64,000 bases of DNA from an uncultured archaeon (GCA_964632315.1 CAZWEM010000014.1:26779-90778); one strand, 5' to 3'. Positions 48,632 through 59,649 are shown, numbered from the stretch's first letter. The notes: generated by a model not told the origin, from the letters alone. Program-made: numbers and translations.

Positions 48632-51475
48632 TTATTTAATTCGTTTTTTGAAGTTATTTGCTAATAGAATTACGATTCCTATGAATGTAGAGCCTAAAAT
48701 CGCAAAAATTGACCATGGAATCGCAAATGGGGGAACAATAGGACCTCCTCCTTTTGCAACACTTTCTGGATCAACAGCGATTTCAGATGAAAAACTAAGT
48801 AGGTCGTATCCAACTTTGCCAATTGTAGCTTCGAGAGAAATTCCGGGTTCTCCGGGTAAAGTAAAAATTGGGGCTATTGTAAGTAAGTAATATCCGTTTC
48901 CAATGAGTGTTATGTTCGAAGATACATCTTCACCATCCCAGTATATTGAAAGGGAATCTGCATCAATTCCATCATAGGTTTCATTATATAAGAAAATGGT
49001 TATATTAAACACGTCAATTGTAAAGATCTGTTCAACGATATCAAGATATAGGATTTTTAATGGTTCAGGATCTTCATTTTCTACCTCAATCCCGATTTCT
49101 GTATAAAAATTAAGCTGTGCATATCCTGTATTTATTATATTTAATTCAAGAGGAATTCCCGTTTCTCCCGGTGGCGTGAAAATTGGATCTAATGAAAGCA
49201 AGAAATAACCATTTCCAAGAGTCGACATATTTGCTGAAACCTCTGTACCATTCCAATAAATCATAATAGAATCTATATCAATTCCATCATAGGTTTCATT
49301 ATATAGGAAAAAGGTTATATTAAATATGTCAAATGTAAAAATTTGTTCAATTAAGTCAAGATAAAGGATTTTCAATGGTTCAGGATCACAAATATTGTTT
49401 TCGAAGATATTAGTGTACGATTCATATTCTAATATGCAAGAATCAGTATTTAGAATGATGTTTTCTCCAAAAAAGTTATTATTACTCTGGAATATGTAAA
49501 GTCCAATGCCGTTTTGAGATACATCGTTAGCTATCACATTAATATCATCGCTACCAGATAGATGAACACCAATACCATTATAATTAATATTATTTGATGT
49601 GATAACCACACTTTTACTCCCTAACAACTCAATTCCGATCTTGCAATTAGCAATAGTCGATTCTTCAACCTTTCCATTCTCTACATTGTAGAAGGTGATA
49701 CCAGCAAAAACAGAACCACCAGTTGATAAAGTACAGTTAGAAATAGTGAAGTATTTTTCTGAATTTCTAATTTCAATTGCTGGAACTTGCCAATCTTCAT
49801 TTATTATCTTATTCTGAATTATGTATGGATCTTCTTCCGTTCCTGTACCATTTACCCAATATTGATGAACAGCCCATTCCCAATTGTATTCTGAATAATC
49901 ATCGATGAAAATGGATGGCATATTTTTAAAGATAGGATAATAGTCATAACCATTACCTTGAATAGGATGTGGTGTATCTCCAATACCATCATCATCCATA
50001 TCATACCCTGTGTAATTAGTCCAATAATTGCCCAAATTAGTATAATTCCAATGAGATGAACTCTCTAGATTCACAACCTGAATTTCGTTGTATATGAAAT
50101 AATTTTGAAATACAAGGGTTTCATTACAATCATTAATTATACGAGCACCATAATCACTCGAAAATTTGACAATATTATTGGAGAAATTGTTATAATCAGA
50201 ATCAAAATTGACATCAAATCCTCTCGTATTACTTAATAGATAATTTCCACGTACCGTGTTATAATGAGAATATCTTCCAATTTCAATACCTGTATCTGAC
50301 TGCCTTATGACTGTATTATTTTCAATCAATAAGTTTTGACATCTATCGTAAACATGTATTCCAGATAAGCTATTGATGATGTAGTTATCTGTTATATTGT
50401 TATCTTCTGATTGAAATTGGATATATATTGAGACATAATTGTTGTCAACTAATTTATTGCTCGTAACTTCACAGTCCAAAACGTAGCTTAAATATATCCC
50501 ATAATAATTATTGACAAAAAGGTTATCTGAGATATTAAGAAAGTTAGATCCTATAGCATGTAGTGCTTGACTATTTGATAAAAGTCCATTTTTTTCAAAA
50601 TAATTTTCTTGAATGGAAGTTCTATGTGCTTGTGACGATAAAAAGATTCCCCGCTCTGTGTTGTTCAAAATGGAATTATCTTTTATGATGCAGTCATATG
50701 AACTAATACTGACAACAATCCCGTTTAAATTATTATAAATTTCATTGGAAATGAGCGAAGCATTTTGACAGAAGTAATAGACTCTTATACCATCATATCC
50801 ACTCTCAGAAACAGAATTATTAGAGACAACAGTATAATCGCAGTAATGATCAATATAGATTCCATGATATGAATATATTCCATTATATCTTAGAAAATTT
50901 TTGTGGATTATATTGTTATCACTATCGGAATAAACATATATACCATGATATTGATTGTTATGAACTTCATTTTCTAGGATACGATTATTGCTTGAATTGT
51001 CTAAATAAATCCCGGTTCCTAAATTGTATGAGAGACTGTTGAGTTGAATAGTACCATTATTTGTTCTTAATAGTTTAATACCTGCATCATCGGATGCACT
51101 ACCACTATTTTGGATAATACTGTTTTGAATAATAAAATATTCATCAGAATCTATAATTGTAATTCCACTGACTCCCGGAGAACCTCCACAATCGATTGTA
51201 ACATTCTCTATAATGTATGGGTTACCTAATGTTCCAGAACCACTACACCAATCTTGTGAAGCCGCCCAACTCCATGTTCCATTCCCTCCACCTGATTGAC
51301 TGATTATAAATGGATTTAAATTCCAAGTTTGTGATGATTTGATATTATTTTCAAAAATTGTCTCGGTTTGACCTATCGTATTTTCAATGGATTGAAAGAT
51401 ACATGAGAATGAAAAGGTCGCTATAAGTGAAGCTATATAGCATATAGAAGTTAATTTTTTGAAATTTACGTTCAT
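48632..51475 (-). CDS. Large surface protein with NosD/right-handed parallel beta-helix repeats and C-terminal anchor
   Basis: Signal peptide; two W...W..G.GT...PYII.N motifs; many N-x-x-G-I-Y repeats; GNYW.NY.G.D...DGIGDTP; two duplicated C-terminal domains; TM plus basic tail. Confidence 0.9.
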   Translation of the reverse strand: MNVNFKKLTSICYIASLIATFSFSCIFQSIENTIGQTETIFENNIKSSQTWNLNPFIISQSGGGNGTWSWAASQDWCSGSGTLGNPYIIENVTIDCGGSPGVSGITIIDSDEYFIIQNSIIQNSGSASDDAGIKLLRTNNGTIQLNSLSYNLGTGIYLDNSSNNRILENEVHNNQYHGIYVYSDSDNNIIHKNFLRYNGIYSYHGIYIDHYCDYTVVSNNSVSESGYDGIRVYYFCQNASLISNEIYNNLNGIVVSISSYDCIIKDNSILNNTERGIFLSSQAHRTSIQENYFEKNGLLSNSQALHAIGSNFLNISDNLFVNNYYGIYLSYVLDCEVTSNKLVDNNYVSIYIQFQSEDNNITDNYIINSLSGIHVYDRCQNLLIENNTVIRQSDTGIEIGRYSHYNTVRGNYLLSNTRGFDVNFDSDYNNFSNNIVKFSSDYGARIINDCNETLVFQNYFIYNEIQVVNLESSSHWNYTNLGNYWTNYTGYDMDDDGIGDTPHPIQGNGYDYYPIFKNMPSIFIDDYSEYNWEWAVHQYWVNGTGTEEDPYIIQNKIINEDWQVPAIEIRNSEKYFTISNCTLSTGGSVFAGITFYNVENGKVEESTIANCKIGIELLGSKSVVITSNNINYNGIGVHLSGSDDINVIANDVSQNGIGLYIFQSNNNFFGENIILNTDSCILEYESYTNIFENNICDPEPLKILYLDLIEQIFTFDIFNITFFLYNETYDGIDIDSIMIYWNGTEVSANMSTLGNGYFLLSLDPIFTPPGETGIPLELNIINTGYAQLNFYTEIGIEVENEDPEPLKILYLDIVEQIFTIDVFNITIFLYNETYDGIDADSLSIYWDGEDVSSNITLIGNGYYLLTIAPIFTLPGEPGISLEATIGKVGYDLLSFSSEIAVDPESVAKGGGPIVPPFAIPWSIFAILGSTFIGIVILLANNFKKRIK
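48790..49387 (-). repeat. Intragenic tandem duplication (~315 bp unit) encoding two DPEPLKILYLD... domains
   Basis: Near-identical DNA at about 48963-49072 and 49277-49387 (ATCAATTCCATCATAGGTTTCATTATATA...TGGTTCAGGATC); lower boundary approximate. Confidence 0.75.
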
Positions 51476-51871
51476 TTTCCCACTAAATTTGTTTTTAATT
51501 TACTTAATTAAATCTTTAGTTTATGACATTTATAACATTTTCTAATTGCTGAAATAAGAAAGTTTAATCAGATTTTAGACAAAATTGTGCATACTAATGT
51601 AAATTTAGCAAGAATGAAATAAATTAATAGCAAATTTATTAGAATCGAGCATTAAAATTAGACAAAATATCAATAAAATTAAAAAATTCCAAATATAATG
51701 ACTGTTATGACCATCCCTTAATCCTATTTGCTATTTATTTGCTATGTTTATTTCTATTTAATTTAGCTTTAAATAAATTTAGCATGAAACAAATTCCTCA
51801 ATCATCCGAAATTGTTTAAAAGATACTATTACTAGTTGACAATAATTGAAATTTACAATTAAAATGCATTC

Positions 51872-54478
51872 ATGAAAAATATAACCTCAAAAAAGTCGGC
51901 ATTTAACTTAATTGAGTTATATTCAATTTCTAAAAGTCTTTCTCACGAGATTCTACTTGATGAGTATTTACAATCAAGAGGAATATATTATTCAATTCTA
52001 TCTGAAAAATATTTACAAAACAATAACCAACTCAAACGAAAAATAATCTTTACTAAATTGTTTTATGCATTAATTTTCGGGATTTTACCAATCATTCCTA
52101 TATTTGGCTATCTTGAATATAGTGATGTTATAACCTCCGGAATGTTCAATTTTGATTTAATTATTTTTTTAATCAGTAATTTATATGGAATTTTCTTTTT
52201 ACTTCAATTTTTTAATTTTTTATTAATGACAATTATAGAAACAACTGCAATAATGTCGGGTAACTCACTAGGGTGGTTTAAGACATTACCCCTCTCTAAC
52301 TTAAGTTTGAAGAAACTAATGTATGTTACCATTTTTCGTAACTTTGATATTCCTATATTAGTCATCATTTTTACCTTCCCTATTGCGTTATTGATTATCT
52401 CTGCTAACATTTTATTTTTTTTAATTACTCTGGGAATCTCCTTTATAAATACATTCTTGGGATTTAATATAATGATTATAATAAGCGGGCGGTTGAATCA
52501 TGTCCTAAATCTTAATGATATCAGTTCAAAAAAGAGTTTCTTAATTCGATTATTTAACATTTTTTCATACGTCTTCATCATTTTAGGAAGTATTTATTTA
52601 ATAGAATGGGCCGCTACCTCGCTACAAGATTACTTTTATTTGTTTGATATGAATCAAAATCCAATTTTAATTAATATCATACTAAGTATAATTCCATACC
52701 CTTATTCTCAGTCTTACTTAATCGCACTCATGTTTTCACCAACAAATCCAGGGATACAACTCATTATAAGCACTTTTATTGGTATAGGATTGTTGGTTTT
52801 ATTCTTTTATTGGACATTAAAGAGAGCATTCAGATCTATCAATAAAGTAATACAATCTGAGCCCATATATAAACATAAAGAAAATTTTCTCGAAAGTATA
52901 AAGGAAAAGCTTATTCTTAAGCCAACATCAACTTTTAGAGCTTTCTTAAGAAAAGATTTACTATCAGCAACCAGAGATTTAAAAGTATTTCTCTCACTCA
53001 TATCACCCATCATTTTTTCATTTATTTTTGCAGTCTATTTGAACTTGCCTAGGGTCAGCGTTAGTGATCCTATTGAGTTCCAGATTCTTAAAACGTGGTT
53101 ATCATACTTACTAATTACACCAATTCTAAGTGGTATAATAGTATTTAGTTTATTAAACTTGGATGCTAGTGGTCATTCAATATTAGAATCATTACCAATA
53201 ATGCCTAGAGAACAAGCCAAGGCAAAACTTTTAATAATGTTTCTGGTACTAACCTGTGCTGTCATATCTCCTACCCTCTTATTTATCATAAATCCCCGTT
53301 TTTTTATTTTTTTTTCCGGAATCATTGCCTCCCTTCCTTTCGCATGGTTATTTTTGTTTCTTTCATTTGAAATGAGCGTCTATTTTTTTGGAAAACGGAA
53401 TAAAACCTATATCGTGAGTGACTTGAGCGGAAAAAGCGTATTTAGATGGATCATTATTCTTTTTGTCCCATTAAGTTTATGTTTATGGATTATATCAGTT
53501 TCGACTCTACTACTTCTTTATGCATCACCATTTGAAATGTTTTTAAGCTATTTCATATGCTTAATATTATTTGTAGGATATGCATTTAGTTTCCTTTTTT
53601 TTAACAAAATTCTTCCAATCATAAAAATTCAAAGAAATCAATCTGAGGATTCTTTTACAGGAACGGGATTAAGAAAGATAATAAATTCCACTTTCTTTTC
53701 GAGACATCCTTGGGTTTCTGTGCTTATGATACTCTTATTTGATTTTATTTTTAATTTAATAAGCAATTTTATAACAGAATTCTTGCATTCAATTATAGCT
53801 CAACCAGTTATATATAGGCTTGCTGATTATGGGTATATGGCTTTTCTGCTATTTCTGGCTTATTATTATGGACCCCTCATCCTCAATAATATTGTTTTTA
53901 TATTGATCTATTTTGTCTTTGTGCCTAAAAAGTTAGGAATTCCTTATGGAAGAAAGAAGATAAGCCCATTTCTTGATGATATTGGTTTAAGCTGGATTAA
54001 ACCAATTTATGCAAATTTGCGTTATATTCTTTTTGGTCTTGTGGCGATAATAATTATGATGTTCTTTTTCAATTTTTCTTCCGGATATTGGTATCCAGAC
54101 TACTATTATTACGAATTTTCTTATCTTTTTAATATCATAAATGTCGGTATTTGGTTAGAAATTACATACCGCGGAATTATTTTAAATATTTTAACAACCA
54201 AATTCAAAATTAGATATGCCATTTTATTGCATTTACCTATTATTTTCATCTATTATTTTTTTGTTAATGGTATCATTATTACATTCCCCTTCATAATTAA
54301 TTATGATTTATTCACATTTCTCTCTCTATTATTTCCAATATTAATTATCTTGGGTTACCACTTCATAATGGATTATGTTTTCATTAAAGCGAGAAATCTT
54401 TTACCAAACATAATAATAACCATTTTATTCACTCTTTTTTATTTCCCGTTCACTTTACCGTTCTACAAGATTATTTAA
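51872..54478 (+). CDS. Large polytopic membrane protein: ABC-permease-like N-terminal region plus degenerate CPBP-like C-terminal domain
   Basis: About 20 hydrophobic segments; KTLPLS and LESLPI..REQAKAK permease-like loops; C-terminal WLEITYRGII. Confidence 0.7.
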   Translation: MKNITSKKSAFNLIELYSISKSLSHEILLDEYLQSRGIYYSILSEKYLQNNNQLKRKIIFTKLFYALIFGILPIIPIFGYLEYSDVITSGMFNFDLIIFLISNLYGIFFLLQFFNFLLMTIIETTAIMSGNSLGWFKTLPLSNLSLKKLMYVTIFRNFDIPILVIIFTFPIALLIISANILFFLITLGISFINTFLGFNIMIIISGRLNHVLNLNDISSKKSFLIRLFNIFSYVFIILGSIYLIEWAATSLQDYFYLFDMNQNPILINIILSIIPYPYSQSYLIALMFSPTNPGIQLIISTFIGIGLLVLFFYWTLKRAFRSINKVIQSEPIYKHKENFLESIKEKLILKPTSTFRAFLRKDLLSATRDLKVFLSLISPIIFSFIFAVYLNLPRVSVSDPIEFQILKTWLSYLLITPILSGIIVFSLLNLDASGHSILESLPIMPREQAKAKLLIMFLVLTCAVISPTLLFIINPRFFIFFSGIIASLPFAWLFLFLSFEMSVYFFGKRNKTYIVSDLSGKSVFRWIIILFVPLSLCLWIISVSTLLLLYASPFEMFLSYFICLILFVGYAFSFLFFNKILPIIKIQRNQSEDSFTGTGLRKIINSTFFSRHPWVSVLMILLFDFIFNLISNFITEFLHSIIAQPVIYRLADYGYMAFLLFLAYYYGPLILNNIVFILIYFVFVPKKLGIPYGRKKISPFLDDIGLSWIKPIYANLRYILFGLVAIIIMMFFFNFSSGYWYPDYYYYEFSYLFNIINVGIWLEITYRGIILNILTTKFKIRYAILLHLPIIFIYYFFVNGIIITFPFIINYDLFTFLSLLFPILIILGYHFIMDYVFIKARNLLPNIIITILFTLFYFPFTLPFYKII

Positions 54479-54712
54479 TTTATTTCTCGATATTTTAAAT
54501 AATATATTCCTGTTCAAATTATATAAATGATATTTCGCTCGGTAAAAACTTTGGGGTAAATCTCTCTTGAGTTTTACTCTGACAATGATTTAATCAAAAA
54601 TTTTGCTTAAAACTAGATTTCTTCAAAGTAATGAGAATTACCATATACATAGAAACGATCCTAAAAAAAATGTAAAAAAATGAGAAAATCTATCATCTTT
54701 GATGACTTAGCT

Positions 54713-55606
54713 CTAATGAGTCAATAAAGGCTCTTCTTGTTTAAATACATGCTCGCTTAATTGCCATAACCGTTTTTGGGCTTCCAGATCATATGAAGCG
54801 TTTGAAGATCTCACGGGTTTACATTTTACAAAGTACTTACCAGTCACACCTTCAACTTCAGGAGAGCTTGCCAAATAAATCGACGTTTTTGCTCCTTTTT
54901 CAACACTTATTGCAAAAATTCTGGCAAATTTAAATATAGCTTTCAGAATCCAATTTCTCCCTCCTTTACCAAAATTAGTTCTTACAAATCCAGGATGTAA
55001 CGCATTGACCGTCACTCCCGTTTCTTCAAGTCTCCTAGCAAGTTCATAGGTAAACAACAAGTTTGCCAATTTCGAGTTAGCATACGCTAAATAACCTCTG
55101 TAATGCTTTTTTTGATTTATATCGTTGAACTTCAAATTAGCTGTAGTATGTACAGCTGAAGAAACATTGACTATTCTCGAAGGTTTAGATTGTTTCAAGA
55201 TATCTAATAATAATTGTGTTAACAGAAAATGCCCTAAATGATTTGTAGCAAATGTTCTTTCGTATCCTAATGATGTAATCTCCCGTTCATTTATCGTTAA
55301 CCCTGCATTGTTGATTAAAACATCTAGGCGGCTATGGTTTTCTTTAAATTTATCCACAACATCATGAATTGTGTCTGGTTCAGTTAAATCAGCCAGATAT
55401 AATTCGATTTTATCTGAACCCGTTTTCTCTTTAAGTTCTCTAAGTGCAGTTTCACCTCTTTCTTTATTACGACAAATCATAATTATTGTAGCTCCTCTAT
55501 CAGCTAAAACTCTTGCTGTCTCTTTACCAATTCCAGAATTAGCACCTGTTATCATGACGATTTTATCATCCATCCTTGTTTCAGAGTCACAATTTTCTTT
55601 ATTCAT
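54713..55606 (-). CDS. SDR oxidoreductase (retinol dehydrogenase/WWOX-like)
   Basis: TGANSGIG, NNAG, NHLGHFLLT, YANSK, LHPG.V.T. Confidence 0.93.
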   Translation of the reverse strand: MNKENCDSETRMDDKIVMITGANSGIGKETARVLADRGATIIMICRNKERGETALRELKEKTGSDKIELYLADLTEPDTIHDVVDKFKENHSRLDVLINNAGLTINEREITSLGYERTFATNHLGHFLLTQLLLDILKQSKPSRIVNVSSAVHTTANLKFNDINQKKHYRGYLAYANSKLANLLFTYELARRLEETGVTVNALHPGFVRTNFGKGGRNWILKAIFKFARIFAISVEKGAKTSIYLASSPEVEGVTGKYFVKCKPVRSSNASYDLEAQKRLWQLSEHVFKQEEPLLTH

Positions 55607-55760
55607 AATATCACCACTAATCTTTTGCGAACTTGCACACTTAAGTCAACACGTAATAAAAAATAACATATAATACCATATTGATATATTTAGATAATGA
55701 GATCTTGAGTTAATATTATAATTTGATAAAATCAAAATCAATAAAAAAAAAATGATTAAA

Positions 55761-56906
55761 TTAGAATTTCCAGCCAATAGTAGAAAGTAACTCGATTGAA
55801 CAATTGGATAAGATAAATGCAAAATCTAATTGAAAAGTCGATGCTACTCTGATAATGTATAATTCAGAATTCATAATACTTGCAGTTGAGTGTTGATAAA
55901 GATAGATTCCAAAAATTTGAGAATTGTCTATTGTAGCTTGGCAGTTATCCATGAGTTGAAGGAAGTAGATTTCATGTATCTTTGTTTGGTTGATGTGAAG
56001 TACTGAATTATCAGTGCATATGAACGATAGAGGACTGAGAAAATTAATTAAGAGTATTCCAAATCCTCCGTCATCAGGAGTAGAACAATTATGCAGAAAC
56101 CCAATTGCATCATTCATCAACATTAGAGAATCTAAGGTAGAATTATCAAGGGAAAAACTACCAGATTCCGCTGTAATACTCAAGTAATTATGAATATCTT
56201 CAATTTTAACCTCAGCATTCCCGGTGACTTCAACAAATTTATACGTTCTATTAAAAATCACTGATTTGTCTAGGTTTATATTGCTAAGCAGATATTCTTC
56301 CCCAAAGATCCCTGAGGAATTTAAGTAATTTATACCTGACTGGAATTTTATTCCTTCATACAACATATTTATTGAAGAATTTATGATATTAACTTCTGAA
56401 GGTTGCGGTAGATAGAAACTTTCGATAGTAGTATTAATAAATTCTGCGATGCGAACCTCTTCGGATTGTGAATACCATGTAATCTGTTCAACCGTACAAT
56501 TTCTTATAGAAATATCATTCGTGCAATTAACAATGAGGGTCTGGATATGACTATTTTGGGATATATCTAATGAACTGTTGTCTTGACATAAAAATACGTC
56601 GAAACTTGCATTTATTCCCGTCAAACTTGAAGAATCTTGTAGATATCCACCGTATTGATTAGGAGTATTCACGTTAGAATCATTTATTACAAGATTTGCA
56701 TTGTCGTATAAGAAGAAATTGCAAGAGAAATTTGAGATGTAGACATTTCCCGTATTATTGACCATGATATTAGTCAATACTCTATTTGTCACGTTAGCAT
56801 TAATAAATACTGTGTTGTTACTGTATTCAGTCCCTTGAATCATGCCATCTATTAAGTTAACAGAACCAGAAGAAATTACGATTCCATAGGATAATTCTGA
56901 GAGAAT
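55761..56906 (-). CDS. Beta-helix-like N/S/I-rich repeat protein, possibly 5'-truncated or ATT-initiated
   Basis: The frame is open 21 codons upstream of ATG 56843, to TAA at 56909. That extension (SYGIVISSGSVNL..G) resembles an internal repeat (YEGIKFQSGINYL..SG). No signal peptide. Confidence 0.65.
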   Translation of the reverse strand: MLSELSYGIVISSGSVNLIDGMIQGTEYSNNTVFINANVTNRVLTNIMVNNTGNVYISNFSCNFFLYDNANLVINDSNVNTPNQYGGYLQDSSSLTGINASFDVFLCQDNSSLDISQNSHIQTLIVNCTNDISIRNCTVEQITWYSQSEEVRIAEFINTTIESFYLPQPSEVNIINSSINMLYEGIKFQSGINYLNSSGIFGEEYLLSNINLDKSVIFNRTYKFVEVTGNAEVKIEDIHNYLSITAESGSFSLDNSTLDSLMLMNDAIGFLHNCSTPDDGGFGILLINFLSPLSFICTDNSVLHINQTKIHEIYFLQLMDNCQATIDNSQIFGIYLYQHSTASIMNSELYIIRVASTFQLDFAFILSNCSIELLSTIGWKF

Positions 56907-57083
56907 TTAAGTATTATTTAATATCAAAAATGCATTTTGTTAGACATAAGCTTCCTATAATTGATTTTTTTTTAAGATTCATACAAATCGTTAAAAATTT
57001 ATTTGAATTTCAATGAAAATTAAAGTAGTATAATAAAGTTAAAAATTATAAACCTATGTCAATGCATGCCAATCAATTTCAAA

Positions 57084-57617
57084 TCAAGTTTTAAGAGTTT
57101 CTATGAGAAAATTAAACGCGTCTTCCACCCGTTTTCCTGTCTTCGCAGAAGTTATAAAATATCCCAGAAAATTCTTATCATTTACTAAATTATCGAGGCG
57201 ATTTTTGTTTATACTTTCTTCTTTGATTAAATCGACCTTATTTGCAAATAGGATAACAGGTACATTTCCACAAAACTCCTTAACATCGTTATGCCAATTA
57301 AATATGTGCCTAAAACTGCGCCTTCCCAAATTATTTTCCTCCAAACTATAAACAATAATCGCTGCTTTACTAGCTTTATAAAAAGAAGGACGTAAAAAAT
57401 GAAAATCATCTTGACCAGCGAGATCCCAAAAAAGTAATTCCGTTCTATGTCCATTTTTTTCTACTTTATAATTAGAAAAATTTGCCCCAATTGTTTTGAT
57501 ATAATCCTTTTGAAATGTACCATTTATGAACCTCTGTATTAAAGATGTTTTTCCAACCCCTCCATCCCCTATTACTGTAACCTTAATTTTTTCTTTTGTT
57601 TTGCTTGAATCATTCAT
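57084..57617 (-). CDS. Rab-like small GTPase
   Basis: GDGGVGKT, TIGANF, WDLAGQDDF, NKVD, TSAKTG. Confidence 0.93.
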   Translation of the reverse strand: MNDSSKTKEKIKVTVIGDGGVGKTSLIQRFINGTFQKDYIKTIGANFSNYKVEKNGHRTELLFWDLAGQDDFHFLRPSFYKASKAAIIVYSLEENNLGRRSFRHIFNWHNDVKEFCGNVPVILFANKVDLIKEESINKNRLDNLVNDKNFLGYFITSAKTGKRVEDAFNFLIETLKT

Positions 57618-57748
57618 TGATTTAAAAGATTAATTTGACGTTATTGTAATATTACATTATTTTTGATTTATATAAAAGTTTAGAATAAAAAGCAATAACA
57701 AAACTTGATTTTAAGATTAGGTTGAGATGTATAACTATTCAACCATCA

Positions 57749-58840
57749 TTACTCAATTATTAGACAGTTGGCTAAACATCTGTTGACGCAAGCATTGCAG
57801 TTTATACATCTGTTTGCTTGTTTTATTTCCGCTTTATTATTAAGTTCATTAAACCGATATACATCCCGGGGGCAAACATCAAGGCAAACCTTACATCCAA
57901 TGCATTCCTCTTGGTTTATTTTGATTGCACCATAAGGTTGCAGTTTAAATTTCCCGAAGACAACTTTCATATCTTTCTTACCTTGAGTCCAGGATTTCTC
58001 ACCTAAATCACTTTTATAGGTGGGGGTTAAACCGTGAAAATCTTCTCCCATTATTAACGTGACTAATATGACAATGATAATGTCCCAAATTAAGTCGAAA
58101 AGATTAATGTAGAAAATTATGTGGAAGAATATAACCAAAAAAAGGATGATTACTCCAAACAATAAAACCTTTATCTTTCCTGAATTTGAAGGGATGCTCG
58201 GTAATACGATTAAAGAACCATATATTATAGTAATGCTTATTATGAGCGTTTCAAGATATAATAGTAAGTTTAGCATGGGAAGAAATATAGCAGCAATCCA
58301 ATAGGGAATCGAAAATAATAAGAGCACTATAAAAAAGTAAATATTTGCCATTTCTGTCCGTTTTTTAAGTGGAAATGTTATCCTCTTCTGCTCATCAGTT
58401 TTTTCAAACTGATTTTCTATATAACCCTTAATATCTTTGGCGTAAACGGGACCAAATTTAGCATCCCAGCCTAATTCTTTCTTGATTATTACCGGATTAA
58501 TTCCTGGAGCGCTTAATTGGGGTAAGATTAATGTTCTGTGAGAAACAATCTCATTAATTCCACTAGTTTTAACGATCGAGATTACAGAATCAGTAGTGAA
58601 ATCTCCACCACAAGCTCCACACCATACATTAATTCCATTTGAAGGAGCAATTAAAACATAACAATCTATCCCCCTCAAATTCTTTAAGAGTCGTTCTACA
58701 GTCAAATTAAAATTCGCAGTAATTAACACTGGGCTGTTTTGATCTGGAGTACCGACTTTTATTATGCTTGGTTCTATTGGAAATCCCACAAAACGAAAGA
58801 AATAGGCTATAAATAATCTGAATCTTTCAATTAGTCTCAT
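57749..58840 (-). CDS. HgcAB-like fusion protein (CdhD-type corrinoid domain + TM helices + 2x[4Fe-4S] ferredoxin)
   Basis: SPVLITANF.LT, GINVWCGACGG, HRTLILPQLSAPG, FGPV.A.DI; 4 TM helices; CIGCKVC..VCP and CINCNAC..RC. Confidence 0.88.
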   Translation of the reverse strand: MRLIERFRLFIAYFFRFVGFPIEPSIIKVGTPDQNSPVLITANFNLTVERLLKNLRGIDCYVLIAPSNGINVWCGACGGDFTTDSVISIVKTSGINEIVSHRTLILPQLSAPGINPVIIKKELGWDAKFGPVYAKDIKGYIENQFEKTDEQKRITFPLKKRTEMANIYFFIVLLLFSIPYWIAAIFLPMLNLLLYLETLIISITIIYGSLIVLPSIPSNSGKIKVLLFGVIILFLVIFFHIIFYINLFDLIWDIIIVILVTLIMGEDFHGLTPTYKSDLGEKSWTQGKKDMKVVFGKFKLQPYGAIKINQEECIGCKVCLDVCPRDVYRFNELNNKAEIKQANRCINCNACVNRCLANCLIIE

Positions 58841-58843
58841 TTT

Positions 58844-59515
58844 TTATCCTCCATTATTTAATCGTTTCTTTATTCGCATGAAGATTAATGAATCAAATAA
58901 GTATAATTTTTGCTCTATAATCTTAAATTTATGATCTTCAATCTTTTCTTCTAAATCTTTTAAAGGATTTGTCGAGATGTGTGCTTTGAGGAAATTAATA
59001 AATGATATTGGTATCCTTATAATAAAATAAAGGACTTTCTTTCCAAATTTCTTTGGTTTAACTTCATCAACCAAAATAAATTGACCATCATCTTTCAATA
59101 TTCGAAATATTTGATCTAAAGCATAATCTTGCTCTTTTGAGTATAATTCACTAAAACATAATAATGCGGTGATTATGTCAAATGATTTATCGATAAATTC
59201 TTTATCTAGGTTAATAATAGGCATCTTAATGAGCTGAATATTTTCGTCCAGACTTACTTTTTTAATGTTTTCTTTAGCAACTTCTAACATCTTATCCGAG
59301 AAATCAATCCCAGTCACTTTAGCACCTTTTTTTGCACATAGAATTGTAAAAGTTCCAGTTCCCATCCCAATATCTAACAATTTCACATTGGGTTCAATAT
59401 AATTTTCTGTAATTGCTTGTTTAATCTTTGGTAATTTTCCAAATGTCAAGAGTTTAATCCCGTGATCATACTTCTCGGCTTTTCTTTCTAAGGATTTCAT
59501 GTAAACATATGACAC
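58844..59515 (-). CDS. Class I SAM methyltransferase associated with the corrinoid protein (CpaM-like)
   Basis: SYVYMK.LE....YD.GI..LT.G, LDIGMGTG, GIDFS, FSEL; 3 nt upstream of the hgcAB-like gene. Confidence 0.85.
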   Translation of the reverse strand: MSYVYMKSLERKAEKYDHGIKLLTFGKLPKIKQAITENYIEPNVKLLDIGMGTGTFTILCAKKGAKVTGIDFSDKMLEVAKENIKKVSLDENIQLIKMPIINLDKEFIDKSFDIITALLCFSELYSKEQDYALDQIFRILKDDGQFILVDEVKPKKFGKKVLYFIIRIPISFINFLKAHISTNPLKDLEEKIEDHKFKIIEQKLYLFDSLIFMRIKKRLNNGG

Positions 59516-59649
59516 GGTTAATTCAACCGATTATTTAATTTTAATTGGATTTTTACTCTCACTCTATATGTGATTAAATTACTAATATTCCTTAGCAAGA
59601 GAAGATATTTATAACTTCGAATTAAGATTCTTAAGGTAAAAAAAATAGC

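Noticed and set aside
57749-58840. Calling this a bona fide mercury methylase (hgcA/hgcB)
   Set aside because: Fused architecture, non-consensus cap helix and missing HgcB terminal Cys pair; the function cannot be asserted.
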